Of a DNA stretch of 64,000 nucleotides, positions 57,853 through 64,000 are shown in pieces; the stretch's first letter is position 1, and every line of letters starts with the position of its first letter. A program made the translations under genes and the position numbers. The notes under the pieces were generated by a model. It was not told the origin of the DNA and searched no databases. It saw only the letters and a program-made list of their open reading frames with translations. This stretch comes from an uncultured Verrucomicrobiae bacterium (GTDB lineage Bacteria > Verrucomicrobiota > Verrucomicrobiia > Chthoniobacterales > Chthoniobacteraceae). The stretch spans positions 672,001-736,000 of the forward strand of contig CAWIKF010000001.1 in assembly GCA_963836755.1 (NCBI GenBank), in the 5' to 3' direction.

Positions 57853-58944
57853 CTAATTCGAAGGCCCCTTGGAAACCAGAGGCACGGCAGAGGAAAAGAG
57901 CCGGTAATCGATATGATTCTTTTGCAGAAACGCCGTGAGGTTATTGAGATCGGTCTGCCGAGAGGTATAGGAAGCATCCGATAAGAAAGTAGAACCGTTA
58001 TTATATAGTCCGCCAAAGTCCGGCATGGAAGTCGAAGTAGATTGGAAGCGCGCAAAGGTTTTAGGATCGACCGCTATCATGATGACCTGGACCAAGGGCG
58101 GAAGCTGATTGTGTGAATTGGGAGTAAGCCCTGAGTCCTTGGAAGTATCATAGGAATACTTTGGGGCGATGTCAGTCGAGGTTCCGTCGGCCGCGCCGCC
58201 GCTGGGGCTGCTCGCATCCTTGGGAGCGACCATCGGGAGAAATGCAAGAAGGATGATATTCTCGGCGATTGGATGGATCCTCGATGGGCTGGTGGACTTT
58301 ATTGGATCCTGGAACCAGTCAAGTCCAGTATACGACCATGACTTGGATCGCGGAGGGTTCTGACCGTTTGAACCGGAAGTATATTTGTAGACGGATAAAG
58401 AGTCGGAAGGTTCGGCCAATTCCATCAGCCGAAAGCGCCATTGCAGCGGGATGGTCGCCGGTAGAAACGTAGGACGCAGATTTGCGTCGCTTCCCCATTC
58501 GATAAAGAAGCCCCAGGTATTCAGGAGCGTTTCCATCTGTCCAAATGAACTGTCACTCACGTATCCAAAAGGAGCTTGGAAGAAGATAGCGTGAGTGGGA
58601 TGGCTCGCAGACGAAGCGCTGCCGATTAGGGTTTGTGCACTACCGGAAATAAAGCGAAGCTCTGAAGCTCGAACATACTGGTTGGTTACAACGTTGTTTG
58701 GATCGATGTCGTTGTAGGTATTTAAAGTAGCCTGGCTTAAGCGCCGAGTAATCGCTTCGAATGCATCGCGCGCTTCCCGAAATTGATCAATCTTCGCAGT
58801 CGTTTGTGAAGTAGTTCGTTGGACTGTGCCGGTAATCTGAACCAGAGCTATCATTAGCATGACCAGGATCAGCATCGAGACCAACAACTCGACGAGTGTG
58901 AAGCCGAGTCGCTGACCCGTGTTTGAGTATCGAGGCGCGATCAT
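57853..58944 (-). CDS. Verru_Chthon cassette protein C (prepilin-type leader)
   Basis: GFTLVELLVSM, FREARDAFE..LSQATLNTY, YVRASELRF, FFQAPFG, NQLPPLVQV. Confidence 0.88.
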   Translation of the reverse strand: MIAPRYSNTGQRLGFTLVELLVSMLILVMLMIALVQITGTVQRTTSQTTAKIDQFREARDAFEAITRRLSQATLNTYNDIDPNNVVTNQYVRASELRFISGSAQTLIGSASSASHPTHAIFFQAPFGYVSDSSFGQMETLLNTWGFFIEWGSDANLRPTFLPATIPLQWRFRLMELAEPSDSLSVYKYTSGSNGQNPPRSKSWSYTGLDWFQDPIKSTSPSRIHPIAENIILLAFLPMVAPKDASSPSGGAADGTSTDIAPKYSYDTSKDSGLTPNSHNQLPPLVQVIMIAVDPKTFARFQSTSTSMPDFGGLYNNGSTFLSDASYTSRQTDLNNLTAFLQKNHIDYRLFSSAVPLVSKGPSN

Positions 58945-59576
58945 AGGCTGCGAGCGACGAATGCGCTGTAAGTGTAAAGGGGAACAGCGCCGGTGGCAGC
59001 AGGAGCTGAGCTGAGCGCACCTGTCCAAAGGCCAGTTGTGGCATTGGTGGCCAACTTCTGGTTGCTAGGATCATAGGCGACCTGAATGGTGACCGAGGCG
59101 AGATCAACGTTGGTCAAAGTAGTCCCGCCGCTTTTCTCCAAAGGAGTAGTCACAGGAACTACTCGGATATTGACGTGATAGATCGTCGTTGAGTCAGCGG
59201 AACTAGTTTCCGTTCCATCCTCAGTAAAGAAACGCTCGGGAAACTGATAGACCGAGCCTGCCGCCGCCGGCGCGTAACGCGTCGTGTTCGTCAAGTTGTC
59301 AAAGGTCATGCTTTTTACTTCGGAGAAAATCTTCTCCTCGATTTGTGACGTGATGCTGATGTCCTTTGCAGTGCGAAAGCTGCCCAACCCGACTGGGATC
59401 AAGCCAAAGATCGCCAGCAGCGCGAAAGCCATTACGCCGATTGCGAGGGTGACTTCGATCAAGCTGAAGGCTTCGCGCGCGTCACATTTCCAGCGCGTCA
59501 CGCGAGTCGCCGCATGAACTTCTCGCACGCTTGCTGCGAACGAAACTTTACGGCCTGTAGATAATTGTATGTCCAT
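58941..59576 (-). CDS. Verru_Chthon cassette protein B (prepilin-type leader)
   Basis: AFSLIEVTLAIGVMAFALLAIFGLIPVGL, RFFTEDG; start uncertain. Confidence 0.85.
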   Translation of the reverse strand: MDIQLSTGRKVSFAASVREVHAATRVTRWKCDAREAFSLIEVTLAIGVMAFALLAIFGLIPVGLGSFRTAKDISITSQIEEKIFSEVKSMTFDNLTNTTRYAPAAAGSVYQFPERFFTEDGTETSSADSTTIYHVNIRVVPVTTPLEKSGGTTLTNVDLASVTIQVAYDPSNQKLATNATTGLWTGALSSAPAATGAVPLYTYSAFVARSL

Positions 59577-60273
59577 TAAATGGATCGATCTTGATGGTGA
59601 AAAAGTTTGGCGGAGGGGTTTGCAGACCATCACCGTTGGTGATCGCGTGCAGCGTCACATACCAAAGACTACTCCGCGGGATCAGACTGTCCGAACCATC
59701 GGGCATGATCTGGAAGGAGACGTATTTATAGTTCATGCCGACTCTCGGCAACAGCGGGTCCGCAACCGGATGCTGTGTTGACGTCGTCGATGAAGCGGTG
59801 ATTTCGCCGCCCGGCGACTGCTGGATTAACGAGGAAAGAATTCCGGAATCCATGATCACGGTGTTTGGAAGGAGGAGCATCTTGCCGGTCGGTTTCTTTG
59901 AGGTCCCATCCTCAGAGATTTCAAAGCCTTGAATCGCACGGTAGAAGCCTGAAGGAGTCGAAGTCTTCTCTCCCGCCATGCTTGGATCGGCGAAACGATA
60001 GAGCCGCACTTCGACAGTTCGATTCTTCGAGAGTGCCTGTTGACGCAATAGCGCGAGTTCATCCTGCACCATTTGTCCGCCTTGGCTGAGTTGCGAACCG
60101 CGCATGATGCCGCTCATTGAGGGCGCAACGAGCGCGGTCAAAAGGATGATGATCGCCATGACGACCAGCAGTTCGACGAGGGTAAACGCTCGCCGCGAGG
60201 TGGACTCATTGAATACCGGAGGAAAAGAGCACGAGAGGGCTCTCTGGCGGTTTCCGTTCTGTATGCTCTCCAT
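59548..60273 (-). CDS. Verru_Chthon cassette protein D (prepilin-type leader)
   Basis: AFTLVELLVVMAII, RQQALSKNRTVEVR, FQIMPDGS, NFFTIKIDPFNG...YRP. Confidence 0.88.
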   Translation of the reverse strand: MESIQNGNRQRALSCSFPPVFNESTSRRAFTLVELLVVMAIIILLTALVAPSMSGIMRGSQLSQGGQMVQDELALLRQQALSKNRTVEVRLYRFADPSMAGEKTSTPSGFYRAIQGFEISEDGTSKKPTGKMLLLPNTVIMDSGILSSLIQQSPGGEITASSTTSTQHPVADPLLPRVGMNYKYVSFQIMPDGSDSLIPRSSLWYVTLHAITNGDGLQTPPPNFFTIKIDPFNGHTIIYRP

Positions 60274-60383
60274 GGGGGGAATGACGAACTTGTAGCTATA
60301 ATGTATTCTTCATTTTCACAATCCGCACGTGAAATATGGCGAAAAAGTCAACTTTCTTTCGAGCCGCCATTTTTTCCACATCT

Positions 60384-61085
60384 CTAGTCGCTGATCATTA
60401 CGATCGGCCCATGCTCTTCAGCCGCACTCCCCTTGGGATCGAGGCTGACGGCAAACTTTTCCGCATGAGAAATCGGCTCGCTTGCGTGGAAGGAAATTGG
60501 AGTCAGGTCGGGTTTCTCAACTGTGAAAACTCCCGCGCTCACCGGCTGCGGGTATTTCGGATCAATCACCCAGAGATGATAATGCCGGTCGGATTCTGCC
60601 GGCGGCACGCCGATGACCTTCAACATTCCGCTCTGCTTTTCCTCGTCCCAAACGACCACAGCGGATGCGTTCGGCGCGCTTTCGAGTTTTGACGAGAGCA
60701 TTGCGATCTGCATTTTGCAAAAGACGTCGCGCTGCTGCAGGTCGTCGAGCTGCGACAAAAGTTTTCCGCGATCTGAATTCAAAATGAAACAAGCGACGGC
60801 GAGAGACGCCGCGATCGCCCAGGGAATCGCGGGCTTTACAAACGAAAAGGGAACAACTTTCTCCTCGCCACGGATCTGCGAAAAAATCCGCGCTTCCAGT
60901 TGCGGCGGCACTTCGCGCGGCGGCGCGCGATGCGCGAGCGCGGCGGCCGTCTCCCGCAACGCAGCCACGTGCTGCCGCAAATCTGCATCGGTTTCACATC
61001 GCGACTCGAACGCCCGCGCGTCTTCGGGCGCGAGCAAATCCAGCACATAAAGCGAAGCCGTTTCTTCTGTTGGTTCGTCGATCAT
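60384..61085 (-). CDS. RskA-like anti-sigma factor
   Basis: LYVLDLL..E..FE N-terminus, one TM, YHLWVI..PVSAGVF..FAVSLDP.G..GPIV. Confidence 0.88.
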   Translation of the reverse strand: MIDEPTEETASLYVLDLLAPEDARAFESRCETDADLRQHVAALRETAAALAHRAPPREVPPQLEARIFSQIRGEEKVVPFSFVKPAIPWAIAASLAVACFILNSDRGKLLSQLDDLQQRDVFCKMQIAMLSSKLESAPNASAVVVWDEEKQSGMLKVIGVPPAESDRHYHLWVIDPKYPQPVSAGVFTVEKPDLTPISFHASEPISHAEKFAVSLDPKGSAAEEHGPIVMISD

Positions 61086-61681
61086 CGCTTTTGCAAAAGG
61101 GTTTGCAGCGCCAGCATGCCTCGCCGGATTCGCGCCTTAATCGTGCCAAGCGGCACAGCGAGCCGCGTCGAGATGTCGGTGTGGGTGAGGCCGCTGAAAA
61201 ATGCGAGATCGATGGCCTCGCGCTGCTCGACTGGAATCTGCGCCATTGCCGCAAAGATGCGTTTCCGTTCGTCACCAGACTCTGCCGCGTCGAGTCCTGA
61301 GTTTGACGCCGCGGCATGGGAATTGTTTTTAAATTCTTCGCCGACCCTTTCCATTTTGTGCTGGTGACGATTGGTCGCGCGCAGCCGATCGATCGCTTTG
61401 TGCCGTGCGATCATCACCGCCCACGTGAAGACGCCACTGCGCGTGGAATCGTAGGTCGCCGCTTTTTTCCACATTTGGATGAAAGCTTCCTGCAGCGCGT
61501 CCTCCGCCTCTTTTTGATCGCGGAGAATTTCGTAAATCATCGAAAACAATCCCGGCGAAAATTTGCGATAAAGCTGCGCAAAGGCGTCTTCATCACGAGC
61601 GACGACGCGCGCGATCATTTCTGCATCCGCAGCCCGAGCGGCGGCGCCGGTTTGGGGGGAATCTGAAAACTCGGCGGACAC
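61082..61681 (-). CDS. ECF sigma-70 factor (SigK-like); start uncertain
   Basis: AEDALQEAFIQMW, W..MIARHKAIDRLR, QREAIDLAFFSGLTH..LGTIKARIRRG. Confidence 0.92.
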   Translation of the reverse strand: MSAEFSDSPQTGAAARAADAEMIARVVARDEDAFAQLYRKFSPGLFSMIYEILRDQKEAEDALQEAFIQMWKKAATYDSTRSGVFTWAVMIARHKAIDRLRATNRHQHKMERVGEEFKNNSHAAASNSGLDAAESGDERKRIFAAMAQIPVEQREAIDLAFFSGLTHTDISTRLAVPLGTIKARIRRGMLALQTLLQKR

Positions 61682-61911
61682 GGGCTGAAAATCTGCATGG
61701 GCGCAAACTCCGGCACAAGGCGATTCTCGAAATGCGCGCGGCCTGGCACCCAGCGGATTCGGCAAAACTTCACGCGAGACGCGCGCTGAGTTTCGCTGGC
61801 CGGCAGTGGAAATGTGTCACACTTGTTTTAGACGCACGAAAGCGCGCGACAGATGCATGTGCGAAAGTTTTTTCCTCATCCATCCGGCGGCGGCGTTTCG
61901 ATAGAAGAGGT

Positions 61912-62367
61912 ATGACCGACACCAATAAAATCACCCGCGCGCAGATGATCGATTTTCTCAACGAAGACCTGGCGCGCGAATACCAGGCGATCATTTCCTA
62001 CGTCATCTACAGCCAGACGATCAAAGGCGCGCAATTCATGGACATCGCCGGTGAGCTCGAAAAGCACGCGGCCGAGGAGCTGGAGCACGCGATCGTGGTC
62101 GCGAAACAGATCGATTATCTCAACGGCACGCCGACAAAGACGCCGAAGGAAATCCGGGTATCGAGCGAGGCGGTCGACATGCTCCGCTTCGATCTCGAGA
62201 ACGAAAAAGTGACGATCATCAATTACCGCGAGCGCATTCGTCAGGCCGAGGCAATGGGCGAATTTGCGATCGCCGAGGCGCTGCGAAAAATCATCGCGCA
62301 GGAGCAGGAACATTTGACCGATCTCGCCGACGCGCTCGGCATCGATAATCCTGAGATCAGCGATTGA
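61912..62367 (+). CDS. Ferritin-like/bacterioferritin-family protein
   Basis: LNEDLAREYQAI, EELEHA, ENE, EQEH di-iron motifs; GAGG RBS-like sequence before the ATG. Confidence 0.88.
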   Translation: MTDTNKITRAQMIDFLNEDLAREYQAIISYVIYSQTIKGAQFMDIAGELEKHAAEELEHAIVVAKQIDYLNGTPTKTPKEIRVSSEAVDMLRFDLENEKVTIINYRERIRQAEAMGEFAIAEALRKIIAQEQEHLTDLADALGIDNPEISD

Positions 62368-62537
62368 ACACGCGGAAATGGGACGATTACCATTCAGGCA
62401 GTGCGGTCGAAGTCGCGAATGCGATGCCGACGGCGCGCAGAACCTTGACGCCAGGCAATACGTGCCCGTCCGCCGAGCAAAATCATCTCGACGCGGCGGT
62501 CGTTGAATTGATGATGCCGGGGATGAAAGGCGCCTGA

Positions 62538-63302
62538 ATGTTGCGGCTTGCGCGCTGCTGCCTTCTGTTTTACATCGTGGTAACAACCGCCCATGCGGGA
62601 GAAGTTCTCATCGCGGTGGCGGCCGATGCGACAGGAGCCGTTCGGGAGATCAATGCAGCCTTTGAAAAAGCGCATCCGGGCGCAAAGCTACAGCTCGCGA
62701 GCGGATCATCCGGCAACCTTTTTGCGCAGATTGACAACGGGGCGCCATTCGATGTTTTTCTTTCCGCCGACACCAATTATCCGCGCGAACTCGCGAAGGC
62801 TGGGTTCGCCGTGGAAGCGAGCATCCATGCCTATGCGCGAGGACGCATCGTTCTTTGGACGACAAGGCCAGGGCTCGATGTCGCGAAAGGTTTGGCGCTT
62901 TTACGCGATTCACAGTCCTTTAAAAAAGTGGCGATCGCCAATCCGAGCCACGCTCCTTACGGACGCGCGGCAAAGTCTGCGCTTGAGCATGAAAAATTAT
63001 GGGACGAACTCGCGCCGCGCCTCGTCCTCGGCGAAAATGTTTCACAGGCCGCGCAGTTTGTGCAGACCGGAAATGCGGACGCCGGCATTGTCGCGTTGTC
63101 GCAAATGAAGGAAGTCGCAGCGGCGAAAGCCGGGAACTTTTTTTTGATTCCGCAGGCGTTTTATCCGCCGCTGGATCAGGGTTCCGCGTTGTTGAAACAC
63201 GGCGCGGACAATCCGCTGGCGAAAGAATATTTGGAATTTCTTAACACGTCTCCGGCAGCGCGAAAAATCCTCGACAATTACGGATTCGGATTGGAAAGGT
63301 GA
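62538..63302 (+). CDS. modA: Molybdate ABC transporter substrate-binding protein
   Basis: GSSGNLFAQI.NGAPFDVFLSA, AIANP.HAPYGRAA, GENVSQA. Confidence 0.93.
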   Translation: MLRLARCCLLFYIVVTTAHAGEVLIAVAADATGAVREINAAFEKAHPGAKLQLASGSSGNLFAQIDNGAPFDVFLSADTNYPRELAKAGFAVEASIHAYARGRIVLWTTRPGLDVAKGLALLRDSQSFKKVAIANPSHAPYGRAAKSALEHEKLWDELAPRLVLGENVSQAAQFVQTGNADAGIVALSQMKEVAAAKAGNFFLIPQAFYPPLDQGSALLKHGADNPLAKEYLEFLNTSPAARKILDNYGFGLER

Positions 63303-63319
63303 CCGCGATTTTTCAAACC

Positions 63320-64000
63320 GTGACCCATCTTCCACCGGAATTTTGGCAGGCTTTGTGGCTGACGCTGCGCCTCGCTTTTTGCACCACTTTTTTTCTGCTC
63401 ATCCTCGGGCTGCCGCTCGCGCAGTGGCTCAATCGCGGTCGCGGCCGCTTCATGATTTTGGTTGAGACGCTCGTGACGCTGCCGGTCGTGCTGCCGCCGA
63501 CGGTGATCGGTTTTTACCTGCTCTTCTTTTTTGCGCCGCAAACTTTTCTCGGCAAAATCTGGATCGCCGTGCTGGGCCGGCCGCTCGCTTTCAGTTTTTC
63601 CGGGCTCGTCGTCGGCTCGATTCTTTACAGCCTGCCGTTCGCGATTCAGCCGTTCCAGGCGGCGCTGCGCGCGGTGCCCGAGGTTTTGCTGGAAGCGGCG
63701 AAAATGGACGGCGCGTCTGCGCTGCAAATTTTTCGGCACGTCATGCTGCCGGTCGCCGGCGGCGGAATTTTGGTCGGCGTGATTTTGAGTTTTGCGCACA
63801 CGATCGGCGAGTTTGGCGTCGTGCTGATGCTCGGCGGCAGCATTCCCGGCCAGACGCGCGTCGCGTCGATCGCGCTCTTTGATGAAGTGCAAAAACTGAA
63901 TTATCCGATGGCTCATGCCTACGCGCTGGTGCTGCTCCTGGTCTCGTTCGCGTTGATTTTCGGGATGAGCTGCGTGCGGCGCAATGGCCTGCGCAGCATC
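63320..64000 (+). CDS. modB: Molybdate ABC transporter permease, 3'-truncated (missing from the ORF track)
   Basis: LPVVLPPTVIGFYLL, YSLPFAIQP, FAHTIGEFGVVLMLGGSIPGQTR, read from the sequence; runs off the window end. Confidence 0.93.
   Translation, partial: MTHLPPEFWQALWLTLRLAFCTTFFLLILGLPLAQWLNRGRGRFMILVETLVTLPVVLPPTVIGFYLLFFFAPQTFLGKIWIAVLGRPLAFSFSGLVVGSILYSLPFAIQPFQAALRAVPEVLLEAAKMDGASALQIFRHVMLPVAGGGILVGVILSFAHTIGEFGVVLMLGGSIPGQTRVASIALFDEVQKLNYPMAHAYALVLLLVSFALIFGMSCVRRNGLRSI

Noticed and set aside
62394..62500. Possible cNMP-binding-domain fragment (VEMILLGGRAR) on the minus strand
   Set aside because: Similarity is too short and needs a frameshift; cannot be supported without a search
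1..64000. tRNA, rRNA, IS transposases, prophage or defence genes
   Set aside because: None recognised by eye; a covariance-model scan would be needed to exclude small RNAs

Overview
This is a GC-rich bacterial chromosomal window, most likely Verrucomicrobiota (Chthoniobacterales/Spartobacteria). That assignment is inferred from the four-gene Verru_Chthon cassette. Housekeeping genes include the sucB 3' end, an HtrA protease, kdsA-lptC-lptA-lptB-hpf-hprK-ptsH-ptsI-rpe, folC, rnr, ppdK, ada, and modA-modB. Three accessory blocks are interspersed. (1) A Wsp-like chemosensory operon (5.4-14.8 kb) ends in a REC-histidine kinase instead of a diguanylate cyclase, and is followed by a decayed PP2C phosphatase remnant. 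(2) A patchwork island between folC and rnr (23.3-32.5 kb) has small genes separated by a family of ~60-bp attC-like hairpins. It also has an attI-like site but no integrase. A ~570-bp segment carrying a 21-bp tandem repeat occurs twice, and one copy has split a gene and created an in-frame chimera. (3) A deoxy-sugar catabolic trio converges on a Verru_Chthon pilin-like cassette in D-B-C-A order (50.8-60.3 kb). Single-base frameshifts in rnr and an SDR gene suggest residual sequencing indels. No rRNA, tRNA, CRISPR array or transposase was recognised. All family calls come from motif recognition, not database searches.
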